Origin: Squalus acanthias
Taxonomy: Eukaryota
NCBI GenBank assembly: GCA_030390025.1
Contig: CM059427.1
Location: 188,170,001 to 188,234,000, forward strand
DNA length: 64,000 nucleotides
Reading direction: 5' to 3'
The notes under the pieces were generated by a model. It made no database searches and was not told the origin of the DNA. It saw only the letters and a list, made by a program, of their open reading frames with translations. The position numbers and the translations under genes are program-made. The first letter of the stretch is position 1, and each line of letters begins with the position of its first letter. Below are positions 29,121 to 40,569 of this stretch, in pieces.

Positions 29121-30997
29121 ATGGAGAGGGTGAGAGAACGCGCTCATCGCTTCACCGAGCGGGCCTTGGATGCTCTGGTTGACGCAGTGGAGCGCAGACG
29201 ATGCATGCTGTTCCCGGAGAGTGGCAGGAGGCCTTTGCCACGCGAGTTCAGAAGAGTGTGGAGGGAGGTGGCTCAGAGCGTCTCATCCAGGAGCATGGTG
29301 CCCAGGACCCATGTTCAATGCCGCAAAAAGTTCAACGACCTCACTCGGGTCGTCAGGGTGAGTGGCTTTTTCTCAATACCTCTCCATCCCTCCATCTCAA
29401 CCTCACTCTATGGCCAGAGGGTCTTAAAACCCCAATGCACAACACTCATCCAACACCTATGGCCCTTTCATCAAACACACACACACATTCTACACTTTGC
29501 ATACAGTAAGGGCTATTCACCTATGGGAGGCACATCAGGCAAGACCATGGCTGTATATTGTAAGGGCTATTCACCTATGGGAGGCACATCAGGCAAGACC
29601 ATGGCTGTATATTGTAAGGGCTATTCACCTATGGGAGGCACATCAGGCAAGACCATGGCTGTATATTTACTCAGATGCTGTCCTTTTTCTTGCAGGCTAA
29701 GCTGGCTCATAATCGGAGACAGCAGCAACGGACGGGTGGAGGGCGGCTTCAGCTGCAACCCCTCAGCGATCTGGAGGAGCGCGTCCACAGGATTGTGGCA
29801 AGCCGGGTGATCGGTCCCGTCGCCACTGGAGACGCCGACCCCGTTGTGGACAGCAATGGTAAGGTCATCACCTTTTTGTCCTCTGTCCTTCCACTTGTCC
29901 CTCACAATACCAGCCTTTGACACTTTCAATCCAACTTGCTAACTCGCTGCACTTATTCCTCCCTTACTGCCACCCTGTCCTCACGCTAAAGCCACTCTTG
30001 TACCTCCCTGCTTTCAGATGGTGATTCACCAGCTGAGGAGATGGGCCCTGAAGCTGCCACTGGGAGTGATGCTGCAGCTGAGGAGGAAGAGGAAGCCAGA
30101 GCATCAGTGCCACCCTCTCCCGAGGAAGCCCATGCCCACACTGGGAACACGCCTTCCCCGGAGGGGAGCAGGGGGGAAGGGGCTGATGATGGTGAAGCTC
30201 CAGGACCCAGCAGGCTGCAGCAACGCCATGGGGGGGGGAGGGAAGAACGGGGGCCTTCTCCCCAGAGGGAGAGTATGCCAGACACTCCTACTGCAATGGA
30301 TGCAGAGGAGGAGCGGCTGATTGCAGAAATGAACACCCAGGCGGTGGGCATGCACACTGAGCTCATGGGTGCAGTGGGAAGGGTGCCCGAATGCATTGAG
30401 TCACTGGCAAGGAGTGTGGAGCACTTCGCTGTAGCACAGGCGGATGCCACACTAACGCTTAGTGCTGCAATTCAGTCACTGGCTGCCGTGATCCCACCTC
30501 TGACTGCTCTCATACAGACTCAGATGGAGGCCACGCGAGCACAGACTGCTGCCAACCTCGATGGTTCGTGCACATGTCCCCGGGGCTGTCACCGCGCCGC
30601 AGCAGGCCAGCAATCTGTTCTCCGGCAGATTCCTCCGGATGCTGAAGTGCTGCCCCGTGGGAGTGCCAGTGTGTCGGGCGAGCAGGGAGTTGCTGTCCTC
30701 TCTCACGATGACAGCATTCCTGCTGCCAACACTGTCACTTCTCCACTGCACTTGCCACCGCCTGTAGGACAGACTGCTGCCGCCCATGCAGAGTTGGTGC
30801 AGTCTGCAGCCGGGCCCTCCAGGCCCAGAAGTGGTCGAGGCCGTCCTTCAGGGGCATCTGCAGTGTCAGGGTCTGACGAGCAGCAGCCTTCCACCAGCCT
30901 TGCTGCAGCCACTGAGGTCCCATTATGGAGGAGCAGTAGGGTTAGAAGGGGGGAAGTGCGCAAGGGAAGGAGATCACCCTCGAAGGGCAAAAAGTAG
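29121..30997 (+). CDS. Harbinger Myb/SANT-like protein, 3 exons (29121-29357, 29696-29858, 30018-30997), about 459 aa, open
   Basis: RAHRFTERALDALV..WREVAQSV..RTHVQCRKKFNDL; AKLAHNRRQQQRTGGG; GT-AG sites with compatible phases. Confidence 0.8.
29506..29667 (+). repeat. 54-bp tandem repeat x3 in Myb-gene intron 1
   Basis: gtaagggctattcacctatgggaggcacatcaggcaagaccatggctgtatatt, three identical copies. Confidence 0.95.
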
Positions 30998-31153
30998 GAG
31001 GTGTGCCAAAATGCTGGTCATTTTTTTATTAAAGGCCGAGTTTCATGGTCCAACTTTTGTTTAGTGTTTTGGACATTATCTCCAGGTTGTGAGAACCAGT
31101 TATGTTATTGACTGTTTTTTTGTGTTTATTTCTATGAGTTTGTCATGAGGAAC

Positions 31154-31922
31154 TGTAAGGGTTTCCTTGACCGTCTCTCAGCCTGTGAGATTCGCGTGGC
31201 TCTGTGCAGCCTGTATGTCAGTGCGGGTTTAGGCCTTGTTGCCTGTTCTGGTCTCCAGCCAGTCTGGGAGCACTATACACACCTGTGAGTGGTTCAAATC
31301 ACTCGCCCTTACGGTTCTAGACACTGGACTTAGATGCGAGAGCAGTAATGGAGATGAAACTCAGGTAGACTCGGTTGAATGGTACGAAATGGAAAATCTT
31401 TATTGCATAATACTTAAGATTACATTTTTAATGGGTTTCGGGGCTACTCATAAATGTCTGAGTACCTGTTAATATTTCTCCTATTGTTCTCCCTGGAGGG
31501 GTTTTGGGGCTTCCAAGTGTTTTCTGTAACTACCCGCTAACGGCTCTCTCATCGTAGAGTCGTTGGGATTTTACATATTAATGTCTTTGGATGGGCTCTT
31601 GATTACTTGGTACAATAGCTTTTATTCGTACCCGGGAGACCGATTTCAGTATTTATGTGTATACTGTAAACCCATGATGTCTCGTGTATTATCTTCAATG
31701 TGCTGAATCTTAATCGATCTTGCACAAATGTTTATTGGAACGCCATCTTGTCTGCCTGTCGAAAAGTCTAGAATGTTCCGCCACGAGGTGCGGCGGCCAT
31801 TTTACAAGCTGCTTGTGTCCACTTTGAAACCTGACAGCATTCTGCTGAAATAAAAGCTGTTTGAACGAAACTCTGTGTTTTTCTCCTTATTAATAAAATC
31901 GCGATATATTGCGAATTCTACA
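31154..31922 (-). mobile_element. Solo LTR (internally deleted relative of 58243-59887) inside the Harbinger element
   Basis: TGTAAGGG ... TTCTACA; TSD GAAC/GAAT; collinear with both ends of the 58.2-kb LTR. Confidence 0.85.
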
Positions 31923-32064
31923 GAATTGACACACACAGAGTTTGTAAAATAAATAAGTTTCTGTTTTCAAAATATACATGGCTGGTGGTTGGAATTATTG
32001 GTGCCTTGGCCGGCTTAGGGGTTGCGTGCTGGGTTGATTAGTGTTTGTAGCAATGGCAGGGGCC

Positions 32065-33225
32065 CTAGAAGCGGCTTGCTATTAGTCGTTGACGGACGGC
32101 CCTTGCAGTTTGACCATTGTGGGCCGCCCTCCTGCCTTGGTGCTGCTGATGATCATCGTCCTCGTCCTCTTCCTCCTCTTCCTCCTCCTCCTCTGGTGGT
32201 GCTACAAGGCCTGGTGGCATTGGCTGGGTCCTGAGGATTGCCATGTTGTGCAACATGCAGCACACGACTACGAAGTTCGAAACTTGCTCAGGCGAGTACT
32301 GCAGGGCTCCTCCGGAATGGTCCAGACAGCGGAACCGTTGTTTCAGCACGCCGATTGTGCGCTCAATAATGTTCCTGGTTGCTTGATGGCTTTCATTGTA
32401 CCGCAGCTCAGCAGGGGTGTTTGGCGTACGGAGCGGTGTCATCAGCCAGGTGCTCAATGCGTACCCCTTGTCCCCGAGGAGCCAACCAACTGGCTGATGC
32501 GGTGCCTCGAAAACTTCTGCCACAGTAGTCTGGCGCAGGATGAAAGCATCGTGGCAGCTGCCCGGATAGTGGGCATTGACAGCGAGTATCACCTGTCTGT
32601 GGTCACAGACCAACTGCACATTCAAGGAATGGAACCCCTTTCTGTTCCTGAATTCCTCTGCATTCTCTCGTGGAGCACGCAAAGCCACATGCGTGCAGTT
32701 AATGGCGCCCTGCACCATGGGGAAGTCCGCTACCCTCGCAAAGCCCAGAGCACGGTCACGCTGCTTGTCTGGGGTCATAGGGAAAGAGATGAAGTCTCGT
32801 CTCCTTCTGAAGAGGGCATTGGTGACCTGCCGGATGCAGCGATGCACCGCAAACTGGGAGATATTGGCGAGGTCCCCAACAGCAGCTTGGAATGAGCCAG
32901 TGGCGTAGAAGTTCAAAGCCACTGTGACCTTCACTGCCACCGACAGAGACGTCCTGGACCTCAGCTGAGGCTGCAGATCTGGCTGCAGCAGGTGGCAGAG
33001 CTCAGTGACCACCTCCTTGCTGAATCGCAGCCTTCGCAAACACAGCTCCTCGGACATATGGATGTAGGAGAGCTGTTCACGATATACCCTGGGAGGGTAA
33101 GCTCTCCTGTACATGCGCCTGATGGCCCTCCTCCGTCTGGCCATTATTGCCACTCTCTGTCTGCGTCTCTGTATCCTCCGATTCAGCTGGAGCAGGACGA
33201 CGCCCCCAATCATTGCAGCCCCCAT
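32065..33225 (-). CDS. Harbinger DDE transposase (HARBI1-like), 386 aa, full ORF
   Basis: [67 protein letters not shown]. Confidence 0.93.
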   Translation of the reverse strand: MGAAMIGGVVLLQLNRRIQRRRQRVAIMARRRRAIRRMYRRAYPPRVYREQLSYIHMSEELCLRRLRFSKEVVTELCHLLQPDLQPQLRSRTSLSVAVKVTVALNFYATGSFQAAVGDLANISQFAVHRCIRQVTNALFRRRRDFISFPMTPDKQRDRALGFARVADFPMVQGAINCTHVALRAPRENAEEFRNRKGFHSLNVQLVCDHRQVILAVNAHYPGSCHDAFILRQTTVAEVFEAPHQPVGWLLGDKGYALSTWLMTPLRTPNTPAELRYNESHQATRNIIERTIGVLKQRFRCLDHSGGALQYSPEQVSNFVVVCCMLHNMAILRTQPMPPGLVAPPEEEEEEEEEDEDDDHQQHQGRRAAHNGQTARAVRQRLIASRF

Positions 33226-34929
33226 ATTCTCTTTGCCAGAAAAGTAATGAGGTACAGCAACTAAAGTAGCAACAAAGTTAGGATGAACTAGGCAAAACTA
33301 CCTCACAAAGCGTTGAGTCAATGTAGAAGTCTCTCTCTCTCTCTCTCCGAATCTCTCTCTCTCTCTCAGAACGAGTGGTGCATAAATGTCGACCACAGAA
33401 AAAGACAGGAAGAGGCCCCCTTTAAATAGCGCCCCCCCCCAGCCCCACACCGATTGATAACGTTCCAGTCTTCCGGTCGTTGGAAGCGCCAGGCGGTAAG
33501 GCAGGGGGCGCCACTCAATTTCCGCTCCGGGGCGCCCCAAGGGCGTTGCACCATGGAATGAAGTCACAATCTGCGCGCGCAGGTGGTCGCAGCGGTAAGT
33601 TTTAGCGCCGCCGCACAATCTCAAGTTAAGTTCTCGAGCGGTGCAAACAGCGCTGCGCCCGGGCGTTAGCGGCTTAACGCCCCATTAGCGCCCTCTTAAG
33701 GCACTAACGGGAGGCGCAACCAAGTGAATTTTTACCCCAAAGGGTCTGAACAGTATAATTGAGGGCCTAATCCCCCAAGAAGCTCTCTCGCAGCTCTGTT
33801 CCAGTTGCAGCAAGTTCCAGCAAGACACTACCAGCCACATGACATGAGCAGGAGGAGGAGAGAAGCAGCAAGGCCACGAGGCAGACCTGGGGCGAGATCG
33901 GAGGCAAGGACAGACTAGGCCAGGCAAGGGCTGGAGCTGAGGCCACTGGGAGCGAGTCGGCATCGCTCAGCACACGGTCTAGCACTAGCAGCCACTAGCC
34001 AAGGTCACTGGAGGCTGGGAGCGAGTCGGCATCGCTCAACCCACGGTCCAACCCCAGAAGGTACCACCCCGACAAGCCTCCAACGCAACAAAACTCGATG
34101 ACAAGACCACCATCGCAGATTTCACAGACCGGTACCACGTGGGGACGGCAGGCCCCAAAGGACAAAAGAGAGTACCTCAAAATCGCAATCAACTTACCTG
34201 GCTGAATTTCGCACTGTCAAAACCCCTGTTTGGTGAGCATTATCCCTGATCTCCTGAAACCGAAACCTAGCGAGATAGTGGGATTTTTGGGAGGGATAAG
34301 GGTTTTTGTATTATGTCATTCTCCCTCACCTGTACCGTGTGTTCCCCAACCTGTTTAAGTGTTAAGTGTGTTTTAAGTTTGTTACCTTTTCTTTTAATAA
34401 AAACCAAAATTCTTTCATCGGAACCTGTTGTCCACTGCATCTTTATTCACAACCCCTAAATAAGTCCAAGGTCTGGAACCTGGGGTGTGGGAGCGATTCA
34501 AACCGCTCACTGAGTCAGAGGTGAGGCTGACCCCTACCACAACACCCCCTACACTTCTCATCCATTGTCTGCTCCAGACTGAGGAGAATCTGTGGGAGAT
34601 GAGTGACTAAATATCAAACTGTGTGGGAGAGGGAGGTCATTGGGAGGGGGGACGGCCCATCACCACCTCAGGTGCCAGTGCTGCCCTCATCCTGAGAATA
34701 AATATAAGAAGGATCCTTTTTCAGTCTGTATTTTCCAGAAGTTCCTCCACAGCCTGCATTCTGCAGGGAAATAAAGTTTCATCTCATCTTAACTCTGCCC
34801 TCAAGTTACATATTTTTACCCAGCTCCTGTAGTTTTATATTCATAATTCAACTTAAACTACCTAAATTGTCAGTCTCTCTCATCATTTTAAAGATTTCGA
34901 TCATGTCATGTGTCCCTCTCAGTCTTCTT

Positions 34930-35906
34930 CATAGAATCATAGAATGGTTTTTCCCTCAGGTACTTATCCAATTCCCTTTTGAAAGCCACAATTGAGTCTG
35001 CCTCCACCATCCTTTCAGGCAGTGCATTCCAGATCATAACCACTCGCTGCGTAAAAAAGTTTTTCCTCATGTCGCCTTTGGTTCTTCTGCCAATCACCTT
35101 AAATTTGTGTCCTGTGGTTCTCGACCCTTCCACCAATGGGAACAGTTTCTCTCTATCTACTCTGTCCAGAACCCTCATGATTTTGAACACCTCTATCAAA
35201 TCTCCTCTCAACCTTCTCTGCTCTAAGGAGAACAACCTCAGCTTCCCCTGTCTATCCACATAAATGAAGTCCCTCATCCCTGGAACCATTCTTGTAAATC
35301 TTTTCTGCACCCTCTCTAAAGCCTTCACATCCTTCCTAAATTGCGGTGCCCAGAATAAGAACATAAGAACATAAGAAATCGGAGCAGAAATAGGCCACTT
35401 GGCTCCTCGAGATTCAATAGATCATGGCTGATCTTGGGCTCAAAGCCACTTCCCTGCCCGCTCCCCATAACCCTTCATTCCCTTATCTTGTAAAAATCTG
35501 TCTATCTCCACCTTAAATGTATTTAATGACCCAGCCTCCACAGCTCTCTGGGGCAGAGAATTCCACAGATTTACGACCCTCTGAGAGAAGAAATTCCTCC
35601 TCATCTCAGTTCTAAAAGGGCGACCCTTTATTCTGAAACTATGCCCCCGAGTTCTGGAGTTCCCCACGAGGGGAAACATCCTCTCTGCATCTACCTTGTC
35701 GAGCCCCCTCTGTATCTTATATGTTTCAATAAGATCACCTCTCATTCTTCTAAACTCCAATGAGTATAGGCCCAAGCTGCTCAACCTTTCTTCATAAGTC
35801 AACCCCTTCATCTCAGGAATCAACCAAATTGGACACCTTACTCCAGTTGAGGCCGAAACAGTGTTTTACACAGGTTCATCAGAACTTCCTTGCTTTTGTA
35901 CTCTAT
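34930..35906 (-). mobile_element. Two nested CR1 3' fragments (continuing at 40185-40370)
   Basis: ORF2 C-termini in ORFs 34906-35364 and 35440-35823; (acataaga)n tail at about 35357. Confidence 0.85.
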
Positions 35907-36185
35907 TGGCTGGATTTTGTCAGTGGAGGCGGGTTGGGTTCGGGTCAGGTGGTCGGCGGGTCCCGCCCCGCCTCCGATGTGAGGCGGGACAATTGAGCCA
36001 TTTTGCCCTAATTGGGCACTTGATTTCCAGCGTGTGGGACCCCCTGGCCCAATGAGTCTTTTGGTCCTGAAACTCGCCTCTGATGACATCATCTATGCAG
36101 CTGCATTTAAGGCCTGTAGCAGCCTTGGTTCTTTTTCTGCCTTACAACTTTTGCAATTTACTTCTGAGGGATTCGTGCAACAACC

Positions 36186-38186
36186 ATGTCAGGCACAAGA
36201 CAGAAGTGTGCACCCCGCTTCGATGAGAACTCCCTCCAAGCTCTCATGGAGGGAGCAAGAGCGAATAAGGAAGGGCTGTTTCCTTCTTCAGGGAGGAAAA
36301 AGCCTCCCCAACAGACCAAAGCTGTGTGGCTGCAAGTGGCACAGGAGGTGAATGCCATTCCAATGTGCAGCAGAGCCTGGCTGCAGTGCAGAAAGAGGTT
36401 TCATGACCTTCTCTGCACAGGAAAAGTGAGTATTTCATCCACATGACCCTCAATCTCATCCCCATCGCCTCTCATCACCAGCACACTGCTTTGTCAACCT
36501 CCTCCTCCACATCCCACTTGACCCTTACATCCCTGCACCCTTACCCATTCCCTCTCTCTGTATGTTCACATTTACTTAACTATTCGACTATGCAGCCCTC
36601 ACACTCCCCATCACTGTGATGCAATGACAACAACTTACAACACACAGGGAGGGCCCTTGGTCTTGGCACCTCATTCCATCTTTGTGTCCTTCTAAGCATC
36701 AATGCTATGGATTCTCTACACTCACTCCTTCATTCTCACTCAAACTCCACTTGTGTCCCTCATTGGAGGAAAAGAGAGCCCACAATAAGAGGGAGAGGGC
36801 GAGGACAGGAGGAGGGCCACCCTCAGTAGCCCAGCTCACCAGTGCAGAGGAGGCGGCCCTGGAGATCATGGGAGTCGAGGAAGATGCGCAAGTGGGGGAC
36901 GGACAGACGGGCGCATCAGAGCAAGATTGTGACAGAATAGTTTTTCATCTCTCTCATTGACATTGCATGAGTGACTGATATTGATTCTGATGCTCTAACA
37001 GATTGACTTATGATCATCTGCAGAATTCAATGTCCATACAATGTTTATCTCACATGTCTAACTCTTTCCTTTACTCCCCCACAGGACCATCGACAGCCCC
37101 CCTCCCCACTGTCCAGGAGGAACAGCCTGAGACCCCAGACTCCTCAGAGGAAGCTGCAACCTCTGAGGGCACAGCGTCAGCAGAATTAAGCGCACCCAGC
37201 ACCAGCGCAGACACTCACACCTCGGTGGGACCTTCGGGAGATAGATTAGAGTTGTCACCTGGTATATCACTGCTCACAAGTGAGCATCAGCAGATGGTGG
37301 AGACAGGGACAGCAGTGGAGAGTCCTCGTCGGAGGGCACTCCCAGCTCGGCACCGCTGCATGTCGACCCTGTGCCTCCGGGTCCATCCAGAAAGAGAACG
37401 GTGCTGGAACTCCAGGAACAGGTGCAGTAGTCTCTGGCAGGTTTAGTCTCCAGGGTCGCTGTGAGTGTGGAGCGAATGGAAAAGTCCATCGCTTACATGA
37501 GCAGAGCCTTTGTGGAGGCATTGGCGCATGAACGCATCACCATGGAAAGGATGGCAACCTCCGTGGAAAGGATGGCTACCTCCGTGGTAAGGCTGGCTAC
37601 CATAGAGGAGAGGATGACTACGGTAGAGGAGAGGATCGCTACGGCCATGGAGGAGCTTAGTCGCAAGGGTCTTGAAAACATGGTCATTGTTCAGAATAGA
37701 CTGACATCTCTTGAGGAGCGATGATCAGCTATTGAGCAGAGAAACCAGACCTTCATGGAAGTCCTCTGGAGTAGGACTTCCAGTGCAGAAACGGGTCCTC
37801 ATGGCCCCCCTGAAGTGCAGCAAAGTGCTGTCAATCCACTTGCTAGCTCTGAAGTGGGGCTGACCCATGAGAGGGATATTGGTGGCAGAGAACAAGGAAG
37901 TGTGGGCTCCTCTCCAAGCGCTCACATGACCATGCCACTGCAGAGCCCTTGGTCAGAGCCCCACCAGGGTCCTCAGCCAACTGAGATCGGCATCTCAGCC
38001 ACTGCACAGCCACAGGAGCAGCAGACTCTTGCCGAACCCTCACAGGGTCACAACCCCAAAGGACGGCCGCCAAAGTTGTCGAGGCAGGAGCAGCAAGAAA
38101 GTGAGCAAGGGGCCTCCACATCTGCTGAAGCCACAGGGGAAGCACCACGTGGGAGTACGCGTAAGAGGAAGATAAAGCACAAGTAG
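36186..38186 (+). pseudogene. Harbinger Myb/SANT-like gene (spliced; frameshift and stop)
   Basis: APRFDENSLQALMEG..WLQVAQEV..RAWLQCRKRFHDL; EKRAHNKRERARTGGG; heptad-like MERMATSV repeats. Confidence 0.8.
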
Positions 38187-38420
38187 TCACAAGGGTAGTC
38201 ACTTGTGTGTCATGTTGTGTTTATTTTTGAAAAGCCACCCGTGAATTGATGTGATAAAAAAACTTGATGGCAAACTGTTGAAGTTGTGGGCTGTGTCATT
38301 TCGCAAATGGGACTTCCACATTGAGGGTATGGAAGTCATAGTGATAGGAATCCGCATGTTCTTGGCCATTGTCGATGCTCTGGTAAAAAGGTGCGAGGAA
38401 AAAGTGTTTGATTGTGCAGG

Positions 38421-39675
38421 CTAAGTAAATCTGGCCAAGATGAGTGCATCCCTTGCATCCCGGGCAGCAATGTGCTCGCGTGCTGCTGCCGTTGGTTGAT
38501 GCGTCTCCACAAGCTGTTTGTTGTCGCTCTTCTCCTCCTCCTCCTCCTCTTCCTCCTCATCTGAGGAGGCTATGCGATGAGCCACTTGTACCTCAGGCAG
38601 CTGCAAGCCACGATGCTGAGCCATGTTGTGAAGTGCACAGCAGACCACGACGATTCTGGAGACCCTGGCTGCTGAGTACTGTAGGGCTCCACCTGATCTA
38701 TCAAGGCATCTGAATCACATCTTCAGCAAGCCGATGGTTTGCTCGATTATGGATCTGGTGGAAATGTGGCTGGAGTTGTAGCGCTCCTCAGCTTCGTTGG
38801 ATGGCCTCCTCAACGGCGTCATTAGCCACGTCTTCAAGGGATAGCCCTTGTCTCCAAGTAGCCATCCGAAAAAGTTGGTTTGGTGGACTGAAGAGTGGAG
38901 GCACACGAGACTGCCGCAGGATGAAGGAGTCATGGCAACTGCCAGGGTACTTGGTGCAAATTGCAAAATTTCCTTCTGGTGGTCACACACCAGCTGCACG
39001 TTGAGGGAGTGGAAGCCCTTGCGATAGACAAAAATACCTGGATTGTGACGGGGTGCCTTAAGGGCCACATGTGTGCAGTCCATGATGCCCTGCACCCTTG
39101 GAAAGCCTGCCAGATTAGCAAACACAACCGCACGCGCCGTTAAACTTGCTTGATCCTTGGAGAAGTTGATGTAATTCTGCATGATGGCAAAGAGGGCATT
39201 GGTTACCTGCGTGATACAAATGTGTGCGGCCACCTGGGAGATGCCGCTGATGTCTGCTCTTGATCCCTGGAATGATCCTGAAGCAAAAAAGTTGAGTGCG
39301 GTGATGACTTTGACGGCCACTGGTAAGGGGTGTCCACCCGCTCCTCTGGGCTCCAGGTCTTGCTGCAGCATTGCGTAGATGTCACCCACTACCTCTCGCG
39401 AAAGTCTGAGCCTCCTTTGGCACTGCTGCTCGTCATGTTGAGGTAGCTGATCCTCTGTCTGTAGACCCTGTTTTGGGGATATCTCCTGCACCGACGTGCT
39501 TATATGCGCTGGCGCCTTCTGGCCTGTGCAGCTTCAGGTGGGTGAGCAGCAGCTTGGAGCTCCTGCTGTTGCTCCTGCAGTTGGTGCTGCTGTTGTTCAG
39601 GGTTCTGCTGCTGCTGCAGCTGTTCTTCGTCTGAATCTGATGTCTAGGAGGAAAGGAAATAAATGGTTCCCATGC
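38421..39675 (-). pseudogene. Harbinger transposase, frameshifted
   Basis: [41 protein letters not shown]. Confidence 0.85.
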
Positions 39676-40569
39676 TTCTGGTATGTACCTCAGTTGAGGA
39701 AGCGCTCATTCAAGGTGGGGAGAGGGGTTTCCCAGGAGGTCCCACTGGAGATGGGTCTCAGCCTCCAAACTTCCACAACAATGAGTAGGCCTGCTAAAAG
39801 TTCCCCCAGACCTGAGACAACAAAGTTCTGCCACCTGCAAATGATCAGTGGTGAAAACTCCTTTTTAATGGTGGAGCTGCCGCTGTTAGGAAGCCAGGAT
39901 TAACTGGCGTGTTCCAGAGGAGACGTGCAGCACGGGGGAAATGTGTTAAATTCAGAAAGGCCTCTCAAACTGGGATTATAGAGGCAATTAACTGGTTGTT
40001 AAGGGCCTTAAGGGCCTATCCCGCCTCTTGGAGGTGGGATGGAAACGGGATCTGAAACCCCGCTTTGGGGAAAATTGCTCAGAGGCGGGCTGGAGGCGGG
40101 ATCGGAGCCGCCCGCCATTTTTTGCGAATTTAACACCTCACACGCCTCCAAACCCGCCTCCTCGGGCCTGGCAAAATCCAGCCCTATGCCTCTATTTATG
40201 AAGCCCAGGATCCCGTATACTTTTTAAACTGCTTTCTCAACCTGCCCTGCCACCTTCAACAATTTGTGCACATACACTCACAGATTTCTCTGTTTATGCA
40301 CCCACTTTAGAATTGTGCCCTTTAGTTTATATTGCCTCTCTTATTTCTTCCTACCAAAATGTATCACTTCAGTGAAAAGACCTCCATCTGTCACTCACTA
40401 GACTTTGACATAACCAGAAGGGAACATTCACAGGGTTTAGGATCCTTCCTGTTTCTATGCAGAAGTTACCGTTTTTAACCAGCTTCCACTGTTTCATTTT
40501 TACACGTACTATTTTAAAATAACATCTACAAAAATCTGACTACATTGAAAATCATTCCTTGGTATTCTA

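Larger units (their letters stand above)
28763..33738. mobile_element. Near-complete PIF/Harbinger DNA transposon
   Basis: TIRs GGGGTAGAAATT / AATTTTTACCCC, AAA TSD; convergent Myb/SANT gene and transposase. Confidence 0.93.
28080..34553 (+). mobile_element. Solo LTR (about 1.5 kb) split by a Harbinger insertion
   Basis: TGTAAGG ... CCCCTACA termini, CTTC 4-bp TSD (28076-28079, 34554-34557), AATAAA near 34396. Confidence 0.8.
35907..40184. mobile_element. PIF/Harbinger DNA transposon (defective) inserted into CR1
   Basis: TIRs (T)GGCTGGATTTTG / CAAAATCCAGCCC, TAT TSD; the flanks rejoin as the CR1 RGIEYKS coding sequence. Confidence 0.92.

Noticed and set aside
32065-33225. Domesticated host genes HARBI1/NAIF1
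   Set aside because: The ORFs sit within TIR- and TSD-bounded elements, and several related decayed copies occur in the same window.
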